The position numbers were made by a program, and so were the translations under genes. Under the pieces are notes generated by a model, which saw only the letters and a list, made by a program, of their open reading frames with translations, was not told where the DNA came from and did not search any database. Of a DNA stretch of 31,459 bases, positions 8,892-16,448 are shown piece after piece. Numbering within the stretch: position 1 is the first letter of the stretch; the number at the start of each line of letters is the position of its first letter. Source of the stretch: Phycisphaerae bacterium (GTDB lineage Bacteria; Planctomycetota; Phycisphaerae; UBA1845). Location of the stretch: the NCBI GenBank assembly GCA_046754365.1, contig JBHHVO010000001.1, forward strand, positions 1-31,459. The letters run 5' to 3'.

Positions 8892-9214
8892 TGCCGCCGG
8901 GGGCGAGGTGTCCTGCCGAGAACGGCCTACGTAGGCCCGCCCACCCGAACCCCGCACATGCGGCAACCCACCCCGAACCTGATATACCGAACAGGGCGCC
9001 ACCGCCGGATCACCGGCATGCCATCGCCTTCATGGCCTGGGCGCCGAACGCCTGCGACGGCCAGGGTACAGCCCAGCGCGCGCCGGTCCGTCGCCGAGAC
9101 GCCCACACCCCGACCGCGCGCGGCACGCGCCGCCACCATCGAACCCGTGCCGTCCGCCGTATCCGCGGCGCGCTGCGGGCGCCGGTCTCGCCCGGGCCGG
9201 CGGTCGGGCGTGCC

Positions 9215-9484
9215 CTACTTCCTCAATCCCAGGCTGCCGATGAGCCGTTTGTATCTCGTCGGGTCGGCCCGCGTCAGATACCGGAGGAGGCTCGTGCGAC
9301 GCCCGACCATCTTCAGCAGGCCTCGGCGCGCGGCGTGATCCTTCTTGTTGGATTTGAGGTGCTCGGTCAGGTGTGAAATCCGCGCCGTCAACAGCGCAAC
9401 CTGGACCTCCGGCGAGCCCGTGTCCTTGGCATGGTGACGGTGTGTCCCAATGATGCCAGCCTTCGTTTCCACCGTAATCGACAT
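9215..9484 (-). CDS. rpsO: 30S ribosomal protein S15
   Basis: 89 aa. [24 protein letters not shown]...[16 protein letters not shown]...LGLRK. Confidence 0.98.
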   Translation of the reverse strand: MSITVETKAGIIGTHRHHAKDTGSPEVQVALLTARISHLTEHLKSNKKDHAARRGLLKMVGRRTSLLRYLTRADPTRYKRLIGSLGLRK

Positions 9485-9529
9485 CCTATCCAGCCGCTCC
9501 AACGCAATCGACCAACCGACCGCCGGTTC

Positions 9530-9558
9530 ATTGTCACCGCGAAACGCGCACGCGACAA
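9530..9558 (-). promoter_or_regulatory. Putative sigma70-type promoter for rpsO
   Basis: TTGTCG (9558-9553), 17-nt spacer, GACAAT (9535-9530). About 45 nt upstream of the rpsO ATG. Confidence 0.45.
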
Positions 9559-10712
9559 CCCCTTCCTTCCCCGCAAACGGGAGAGCGTACCCCCAAAGCC
9601 GATGGCATGCAACCCCGCCAGGGATGCACCGGCCGCGCTGCCACGGTGGCGGTCGGGGCCACACGCTCCGACGCCGTCGGCTGCATCGCCACGCGCTCAC
9701 GCCGCGCTGAGAAGACGATGAGTACCACGATCGCGATCACCAGCATGCCCGCAGCGACCCACGTCGCCCGGATGCCGGCGATACGCGGTGGTGCGTCGAT
9801 ACGCGGATCGGGAACCGGGAGCGGCGCGCTCGCAAGCACCGAACTCAACGCCCGCAATTCCGCGGCCTCCGCTTCCTGGACAATGAGCGTCTCAGCTTCC
9901 TGTATGTCGGCGATCGTCGTGCCGGGCGGGGCCATGACCGGCTCTGCGACCGGCGCCGCGTGCGACGGTCCGGGGCCTTGGGGCGTCGGCACCGCGGTTG
10001 CGGGCGCGGTGGTGACGGTGGGCGTAGCCGTTCCGCGGGCGGTCGCGGTCGCGCCATGCGCCGTCCGTGAGACAGCGTGTTGCTGCGGCGCCGGGGGCGC
10101 CTTGTCCGACGCGCCGCCGTGCCGGCGCCGCTGGGCCGGCGCGTTCGAACCGCCCGGGGCATCATGTTGTGGGACGACGGCGGTTTCTCGCGGTTTCTCG
10201 AAGTCGAGGTAGGACAGGCACGCGGGACAATAGAGTTCCGTTTGGGCCACGTGCCGGTGGCACTTCCAACACCGGCTGAAATACCGGCAGAAGCCCGGTG
10301 TCTCGCCGGCGAATCGCCACTGATACTCCGTCGCGGGGCCACGAATGATCGAGGTCTCCGTCAACACACCACGAAGAATCTGACGGATGACCCGCTCGAG
10401 CTTGACGCCCGGAAACGGGCGGACGTGTTCCAGGACATACCAGGGCCCGGCGTGTCGGCGCATCGTCTCCAGCATGTCGTCGCTCAGATCCTGCCCGCAA
10501 TGGTCACACGCGACGGCCGACCGCTGTACGAGCTGGCCACACGAAACGCATGGTGCGGTGTAGCCATGCCAGGCCTGCTCCCCAAGTGGGCTGAGGGGAC
10601 CGATGCCCGCGCGCGCGGCAATCTCCAGCGGATGATCCCCCGGCGGGGGATCATCCGGCAGGATCGGGCGGACGTATCCGTCGCGCGCCGGTGGCGTGAC
10701 TGCGGGATCCAC
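9534..10712 (-). CDS. Double zinc-ribbon / GYF_2-like membrane protein
   Basis: CVSC..CDHC and CWKC..CPAC pairs flank [13 protein letters not shown]...I..G.L....IIRGP..YQWRFA. Pro/Ala/Thr linker. TM helix [27 protein letters not shown] before the GTG start. Confidence 0.75.
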   Translation of the reverse strand: MDPAVTPPARDGYVRPILPDDPPPGDHPLEIAARAGIGPLSPLGEQAWHGYTAPCVSCGQLVQRSAVACDHCGQDLSDDMLETMRRHAGPWYVLEHVRPFPGVKLERVIRQILRGVLTETSIIRGPATEYQWRFAGETPGFCRYFSRCWKCHRHVAQTELYCPACLSYLDFEKPRETAVVPQHDAPGGSNAPAQRRRHGGASDKAPPAPQQHAVSRTAHGATATARGTATPTVTTAPATAVPTPQGPGPSHAAPVAEPVMAPPGTTIADIQEAETLIVQEAEAAELRALSSVLASAPLPVPDPRIDAPPRIAGIRATWVAAGMLVIAIVVLIVFSARRERVAMQPTASERVAPTATVAARPVHPWRGCMPSALGVRSPVCGEGRGCRVRVSR

Positions 10713-10738
10713 GATGCGCTGCTCCTTGGGTCTTTAGG

Positions 10739-10767
10739 ATTGTAGGCCGGGCCTCAGCGCGGAACAA
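10739..10767 (-). promoter_or_regulatory. Putative sigma70-type promoter for the zinc-ribbon gene
   Basis: TTGTTC (10767-10762), 17-nt spacer, TACAAT (10744-10739), followed by AAGGAG and the GTG start. Confidence 0.6.
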
Positions 10768-11437
10768 CCAACCGCCCGGACCGACGCCGCCGGTGGTACG
10801 GGGCGGTTTCGGTCGGCCCATACGTCACAGGCCGTGGGCCCACGAAGAAAACGAGACGCGCATCGCGGAAGCGCGTGATGCGGGTTCGGGCTGGTGTTGG
10901 CACGGTGGATCGGCGCCCGCGAGGCTTTCCGGCTACTCGATATCCAGCCTCCGCGGGTGTGGCGACGGGCGGCGCGCGGCCGACATATCGGACGAGCGGT
11001 CCGCACGGGAGCGTGTGCCGCGGCAGCCTGGGCGGCATCGTGTCCGTCGTCGTGTAACAGGGCGGGCATCGCCGCGCCCGTGGCCGCTGGATCGGGTCAA
11101 CCGCGCACGGCGGCCCGTGCGCGGAGCCGGCAGCGCTGCGATGATAGTGCGTCATGCCCTGGTTTTCGGTTAGCATGTTCGCCGGCATGGAGCCGACCGT
11201 TGTACGCGTCTTCACGCGGCGGTGCGCCGCGTCCCGTGTGCGGCCCCCGCGGCTCGGGGACATGCGGTCGCGCACCAGCGCGTTGACAAGCGCGTGGCAC
11301 GCGTTTGAGTCCCGTGTTGCCACCGGCAGGATGCGGGTGCGACGCCCGCGGTGCGGACTTTTTCAAGGCGCTGTTACGGCGCGGTCCGCGCGGCGGGCGC
11401 CACGCGGTTGAGCAGCGTACCCGAGGAAACAACCGGT

Positions 11438-14400
11438 ATGACCGGCACGAGCACACAAGAGCGTCGCGGCGAATACGACTTTACGCGCATCGAGGCGCGG
11501 TGGCAGCGGTACTGGGAGGAACACGAGACGTTCCGGACGCCCGATCCCGGTGACCCCGGCGTCCGCGACCGGCCCAAGTTCTACATCCTCGATATGTTCC
11601 CATATCCAAGCGGCGCCGGGCTTCATGTCGGTCATCCACTCGGGTACTGCGCCACCGACATCATCGCCCGGTTCAAGCGGATGTGCGGCTACAACGTGTT
11701 GCATCCCATGGGGTTCGACGCGTTCGGCCTGCCGGCCGAGCAATACGCGATCGAACACAACGTCCATCCCGCCGTCACGACGCGCAAGAACATCGACACG
11801 TACCGGCGACAGTTGAAGATGTTCGGCCTCAGTTACGATTGGAGCCGTGAGATCGCGACGTGCGACCCGTCGTACTACAAGTTCACTCAGTGGATCTTCC
11901 TGAGACTCTTCGAAAGCTGGTACGACCGGACCTGCCGCTGGCACGTTGGCGAGGGCGACGAGATCGTCGGTCGGGCCAGGCCGATCGCGACATTGGAATC
12001 CGAGCTCGCCGCGGGGCGGTGGGGCGTCGACGACGACCTCGAGATCGTACGCGATCGGAACGCACCGGGTCGGCGGGAGTGGGCGGACCTGTCGGCGGTC
12101 GAGCAGCGTCGCGCGATCGATCATCAGCGGCTCGCACGGCTCGACGACATCCCGGTGAACTGGTGCCCGGCGCTGGGCACCGTGCTCGCGAACGAGGAGG
12201 TCGACAGCGAGGGCCGTAGCGACCGCGGCGGGCATCCGGTGTACCGCAGACCGCTACGGCAGTGGGTGCTTCGGATCACGGAGTACGCGGATCGGCTCTT
12301 GGCCGACCTCGATGCGCTGGATTGGCCCGAACCGCTCAAGCTCATGCAGCGGAACTGGATCGGGCGAAGCACGGGTGCGGAGGTCGTGTTTCCGCTGGCC
12401 GACCGGTGGACGATCGAGGACGGAGCGTGGAAATGCCTCGACGGTTCCCCGTCGGGACCGCTGTGCGGCGCCGGTGTCCCGCACACGATACGCGTCTACA
12501 CGACCCGCCCGGACACGCTCTTCGGCGCGACGTACATGGTGCTCGCGCCGGAGCATCCGCTCGTGGACCGCATCACCACGGCCGGGCAACGGGCCGCCGT
12601 CGATCAGTACGTCGAGGCCACGAGGCACCGTTCCGACCTTGACCGCACCGCCGACGCGAAGGACAAGACCGGCGTGTTCACCGGTGCGTACGCGATCAAC
12701 CCGGTGAATGGTGCGCGGATACCGATCTGGGTCGCGGATTATGTGCTTATGGGTTATGGGACCGGCGCGATCATGGCGGTGCCGGGCGGTGACAGCCGGG
12801 ACTTCGCGTTCGCGGTCAAGTTCAACCTCCCGATCGTCGCGGTCGTACGTCCGCCGGCGGATTGGATCGAGCAACGGCTGTCTGCCCTGACGGCGGGCAT
12901 GGATGTGACCGCGGCTGCCGGGTTTGATGAGGTGGCCCGCGCGTTTCCCGAGCTCGCCGACGCCGTGGCGACCCGGCGCCGGCGAAGTGCCGACCTGGCC
13001 GACCAGACGCGGGCGGTGCTGTGCGACCGGGTCGGGATCGACCGCCTGATCGATCACTATGTCCGCCGCCCTCGGGTGTGGGGTGACGCCTTCACCGGCG
13101 AGGGCGTGAGCGTGAACTCGCCGGGCGAGGCGCCCGATGCCGACGAGGGCGGTGCGCCGGATACCGCGGCGGTAGGCGGCGCGCCCGCGTTGGGCGGCAC
13201 AGCGGCCCGTAACGCATCGGGCGGCGTGATACACCGGTGTCCCACACCTGCCGGCGATGCACGTGACGCCCGTGGCGTGGCGGTTCCCGGCGGCGTGTGC
13301 AGGCTGGACGGCTTGACGACGGCGGCGGCGCAGGAGCGCATGGTAGCGTGGCTCGAGACGAACGGCGTGGGGCGACGCGCGGTGAACTACAAGCTCCGCG
13401 ACTGGATTTTCAGTCGGCAGAAGTACTGGGGCGAACCGTTTCCCGTGTGGCACGGCGAAGACGGCGGCACGACCGCGGTCGACGAGGCGGAGCTGCCGGT
13501 GGAGCTGCCGCCGATGGACGACTTCGCGCCGACGCCGGTCGCGGATGACGCCGAGACACCCCCGGAGCCGCCGCTCGGTCGGGCGGCCGCGTGGCGCGTC
13601 GCCGAGCGTGACGGGCACCGGTACTACCGCGACCTGAACACGATGCCGCAATGGGCCGGCTCGTGCTGGTACTATCTGCGGTACCTCGATCCGCACAACA
13701 CAGAGCGATTCTGTGATGCGGATGTCGAGCGGTACTGGATGCCGGTAGACCTGTATGTCGGCGGCGCCGAGCATGCCGTGCTGCACCTGCTCTATGCCAG
13801 GTTCTGGCATAAGGTGTTGTTTGATCTCGGGTTCGTATCGACCCGAGAGCCGTTTCGAAGGCTCTTCAACCAGGGCAAGATCCAGAGCTTCGCGTACGTC
13901 GATCGGCGCGGTCGCAAGCTCAGCCCGGAGGCCGTGGAAGCGCGACCCCCGGGCAGGTTCGTGCTCAAGGACACCGGCGAAGAGGTCAAGCAGATCGTCG
14001 CCAAGATGAGCAAGGGGCTCAAGAACGTCGTATCACCCGACCCGATCATCGCCGAGTACGGCGCCGACACGTTCCGGCTCTATGAGATGTACATGGGGCC
14101 GCTCGATACCGACAAGCCCTGGAACACGCGCGACGTTCCCGGCTTGTTCAAGCTTTGCCAGCGGATCTGGCGACTCGTCGTCGACCCCGCGACGGGTGGC
14201 GTCTCGCCGGCGCTGACGAACGACGAACCAGCCGACGCCGCGACGCTGCGCGTGCTCCACAAGACGATCAAGAAGGTCACCGGCGACCTGGAGCAGCTCA
14301 AGTTCAACACGGCGATCGCGGCGATCTTCGATTTCGTGAATGCGCTGACACCGCTGGAGCGGCGACCACGGGCCGTGATCGAGCCGTTCGTGCTGCTGCT

Positions 14401-14701
14401 TGCGCCGTTTGCACCGCACCTGGCGGAGGAGCTCTGGCACCGGCTGGGACATGACGCGAGCCTCGCGTACGAGACCTGGCCGGTGTGGGACGAGGGCCTT
14501 GCACGCGACGAGGCGGTGGAGATGGCGGTGCAGATTCTCGGCAAGGTCAGGGCCCGCATCACGGTGGCGGCCGACGCCGATGAACACGCGGTGGAGGCGG
14601 CCGCGCTCGGCGACGCTCGCGTTCAGGCGGCGCTATGCGGCAGGGACGTCCGAAAAGTCGTCGTCGTGAAGGGGCGTCTGATCAACATCGTGCCCAAGTG
14701 A
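11438..14701 (+). CDS. leuS: Leucine--tRNA ligase with several insertions
   Basis: MFPYPSGAGLHVGH (HIGH), GFDAFGLPAEQYA, NWCPALGTVLANEEV, editing TTRPDT and GTGAIMAVP, LRDWIFSRQKYWGEPFP, TMPQWAGSCWYYLRY, GGAEHAVLHLLYARF, KMSKG. 1087 aa from the ATG at 11438. Confidence 0.97.
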   Translation: MTGTSTQERRGEYDFTRIEARWQRYWEEHETFRTPDPGDPGVRDRPKFYILDMFPYPSGAGLHVGHPLGYCATDIIARFKRMCGYNVLHPMGFDAFGLPAEQYAIEHNVHPAVTTRKNIDTYRRQLKMFGLSYDWSREIATCDPSYYKFTQWIFLRLFESWYDRTCRWHVGEGDEIVGRARPIATLESELAAGRWGVDDDLEIVRDRNAPGRREWADLSAVEQRRAIDHQRLARLDDIPVNWCPALGTVLANEEVDSEGRSDRGGHPVYRRPLRQWVLRITEYADRLLADLDALDWPEPLKLMQRNWIGRSTGAEVVFPLADRWTIEDGAWKCLDGSPSGPLCGAGVPHTIRVYTTRPDTLFGATYMVLAPEHPLVDRITTAGQRAAVDQYVEATRHRSDLDRTADAKDKTGVFTGAYAINPVNGARIPIWVADYVLMGYGTGAIMAVPGGDSRDFAFAVKFNLPIVAVVRPPADWIEQRLSALTAGMDVTAAAGFDEVARAFPELADAVATRRRRSADLADQTRAVLCDRVGIDRLIDHYVRRPRVWGDAFTGEGVSVNSPGEAPDADEGGAPDTAAVGGAPALGGTAARNASGGVIHRCPTPAGDARDARGVAVPGGVCRLDGLTTAAAQERMVAWLETNGVGRRAVNYKLRDWIFSRQKYWGEPFPVWHGEDGGTTAVDEAELPVELPPMDDFAPTPVADDAETPPEPPLGRAAAWRVAERDGHRYYRDLNTMPQWAGSCWYYLRYLDPHNTERFCDADVERYWMPVDLYVGGAEHAVLHLLYARFWHKVLFDLGFVSTREPFRRLFNQGKIQSFAYVDRRGRKLSPEAVEARPPGRFVLKDTGEEVKQIVAKMSKGLKNVVSPDPIIAEYGADTFRLYEMYMGPLDTDKPWNTRDVPGLFKLCQRIWRLVVDPATGGVSPALTNDEPADAATLRVLHKTIKKVTGDLEQLKFNTAIAAIFDFVNALTPLERRPRAVIEPFVLLLAPFAPHLAEELWHRLGHDASLAYETWPVWDEGLARDEAVEMAVQILGKVRARITVAADADEHAVEAAALGDARVQAALCGRDVRKVVVVKGRLINIVPK

Positions 14702-14709
14702 ATCGCGCC

Positions 14710-14744
14710 GGACCGACCCGTTTCGGTTGGCGTCGGGTGGGTCC
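14710..14744 (+). terminator. Hairpin immediately after the leuS stop
   Basis: GGACC-g-ACCCG ... CGGGT-g-GGTCC stem. No U-tract. Confidence 0.3.
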
Positions 14745-14902
14745 ATGTGCGGTGTCATGCGGTCCGCTTGGGGCGCGTGACCCGGGTGGCGTACGCGTTG
14801 ACACGTTGCCGGTGGGGTTGCCGTCGCGTCGCCGTTGGGACGGTCGGTGCGCGTGCGTTTTCGTTGTGAGGGCGATGTCATTCGGTTGGAACCGGGGGCG
14901 AC

Positions 14903-15475
14903 ATGCCGAGGGAAATCGAACTCAAGTTGCGTGTGGAATCCCACGATCCCGTGCGGGAGCGGTTGCGCGCTGCCGGCGGTGAATTTGTTTCGGCGGGGCT
15001 TGAAACCAACGTCATCTTCGATCGACCAGACGGATCGTTACGCGCACGGGGCATGGGGCTCCGCGTTCGGTCGTTCGTCGATCCGGGCGGGCGTCATACA
15101 CGTGTCACTGTCACCGTGAAGGGGCCTCGGTGTGGGGGCGCGATCAAGTCACGTGACGAGGTGGAGTTCGGCGCCGACGATGCGGAGACGGCCGTCGCAG
15201 CGCTCGAGATGCTCGGGTACCGGCGGATCCTGCGGTACGAAAAGCGGCGCGAGACGTGGGCGTATGAGGGGTGCCACGTGGAGCTGGACGAGCCGGCGCG
15301 CCTGGGGGTGTTGTTCGTGGAGATCGAGGGACCGGGTGAGGCGGTGATCGCGACGGTACGTACGAAGCTCGGCTTGTCGGCGGCGGCGGACGTGGCGGCA
15401 TCGTACGTTCGGCTCATGACGGCGTATTGCCGGGATTACGGCGTCGATTCGCATGATGTTCGTTTCTTGACGTAG
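14903..15475 (+). CDS. cyaB: CYTH-domain protein (class IV adenylate cyclase / triphosphate tunnel family)
   Basis: N-terminal EIELK (ExExK), ETNVIFD, LRVR, TVKGP, RDEVE, YEKRRETW, VELDE, FVEIEG. The fold call is firm. Cyclase activity is not established for most CYTH members. Confidence 0.85.
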   Translation: MPREIELKLRVESHDPVRERLRAAGGEFVSAGLETNVIFDRPDGSLRARGMGLRVRSFVDPGGRHTRVTVTVKGPRCGGAIKSRDEVEFGADDAETAVAALEMLGYRRILRYEKRRETWAYEGCHVELDEPARLGVLFVEIEGPGEAVIATVRTKLGLSAAADVAASYVRLMTAYCRDYGVDSHDVRFLT

Positions 15476-15614
15476 GTGTCGTCAGTCGGCAGCGCCGCGA
15501 TCGGGGTGTCGGTGGTTGGTAGGATTGTCGCCGCCATCAACCGCGCCCCGTTCGCTGACTGAAGCAACGGACGGCGACGCAGTTGGAGAAGCAAGACCAT
15601 TGGAGAAGCAAACC

Positions 15615-16058
15615 ATGTTCAAGAGGATGGCCCTTTCCGCGTGTCTGTTGGGGAGCTGCGGGTGGTGTCTGGCGGTGGTGGCACGCGTTGACAGCGCGGA
15701 GCCGGCGCCGCTCGAGTCGACGTTCCATCCGGTGGCGTCGCTCGATTCGCTGATGCACGGGCAGGAGCACGAATTCAAGGCAATCCGCAAGATGCTCAAA
15801 CACACGGAGGACAAGCACCGCATGAAACGCATTTTTCGCGGTGCCGAGCTCGTGGCCGAGTTCGCGAACGTAAACCTGCACCACAAACACAAAGACAAGC
15901 CCGACTACGTCGCATGGGCCACGACACTGCGCGCCACGGCGTTGGAACTGGCGGCGGAGGCGAAGAAGCGTGCCGGGGCGGACGAGGCGAGAATGAAGTC
16001 GCTTTTCGACAAGCTCCACGCGACATGCGACGCGTGTCACGACAAATATAAGGATTAG
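15615..16058 (+). CDS. Exported class II c-type cytochrome (cytochrome c'/c556-like)
   Basis: GGAG SD, signal peptide, helical body, single CxxCH (CDACH) four residues from the C-terminus. Confidence 0.8.
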   Translation: MFKRMALSACLLGSCGWCLAVVARVDSAEPAPLESTFHPVASLDSLMHGQEHEFKAIRKMLKHTEDKHRMKRIFRGAELVAEFANVNLHHKHKDKPDYVAWATTLRATALELAAEAKKRAGADEARMKSLFDKLHATCDACHDKYKD

Positions 16059-16357
16059 CCGCAGGTCCCAAAACCGACGCGAGCCACGGGGTTTCCAAAC
16101 CCGGACTGTTGGGGACGGACGTGGGACCCCGATCCGACCGCGTGCCCGCCGTCGGCGCGGTTGGCGAAGTACCGGGGACGGCGTCGTGACGCGGGCGGAT
16201 CCGGCGTCTGCCGGGTCGTGACGATCCGTCTCCGCGCGCTTGCTTCGCAAGGATGGGCGCCCGCGGTCATGTGCATCCGGGCTCGCGGCGCGGCGGCGGC
16301 GGCGGCGGGCGTAGCAGCGAACCTTCGCGCGAGCAGGCGGTCCGGGCCGGTTCGACC

Positions 16358-16393
16358 TATAATCATACGCGTGGTGCGGATCGCGGCCGCACC
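16358..16393 (+). promoter_or_regulatory. Putative promoter of the MoxR cluster (-10 box plus 5' hairpin)
   Basis: Perfect TATAAT at 16358-16363, hairpin GGTGCGG-7nt-CCGCACC at 16373-16393, purine-rich SD at 16431-16440. No recognisable -35 box. Confidence 0.5.
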
Positions 16394-16448
16394 GGGCGAT
16401 CGCCGGTCGGTCTGGTGGGCCGGTCTTTCCAGGAAGGGAGTTTGCCGC

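Noticed and set aside
10792-10799. GGTGGTAC resembling a T-box upstream of leuS
   Set aside because: It continues GGGG rather than CGCG, lies about 640 nt from the start, and no antiterminator/terminator or specifier stem is evident.
11295-11309. TGGCACG near-match to a sigma54 promoter
   Set aside because: No GC at the -12 position with the obligatory 10-nt spacing (reads AG). I found no convincing sigma54 promoter in the intergenic regions I inspected.
12779-12802. LeuRS editing motif VPGGDSRD instead of VPAHDQRD as loss of editing
   Set aside because: Both Asp residues and the TTRPDT motif are retained, and the His position is known to vary among LeuRS.
12434-13303. Intein as explanation for the LeuRS insertions (CLDG at 12434)
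   Set aside because: Inserts are short and interrupted by normal LeuRS motifs, with no TxxH block, no terminal His-Asn and no endonuclease motifs.
14798-14803. Perfect TTGACA upstream of the CYTH gene
   Set aside because: No -10-like hexamer at 16-18 nt (CCGTCG), so not called as a promoter.
16291-16308. (CGG)6 microsatellite upstream of the MoxR promoter
   Set aside because: Expected in very GC-rich DNA, non-coding, and not positioned to change promoter spacing.
16161-16448. N-terminal extensions given by the ORF track (also 5183-5422, 5964-6119, 9485-9700, 11351-11437, 15516-15614, 23751-23849, 27026-27472)
   Set aside because: Downstream ATGs fit family N-termini or SD sites better. The extensions overlap neighbouring genes or promoters.
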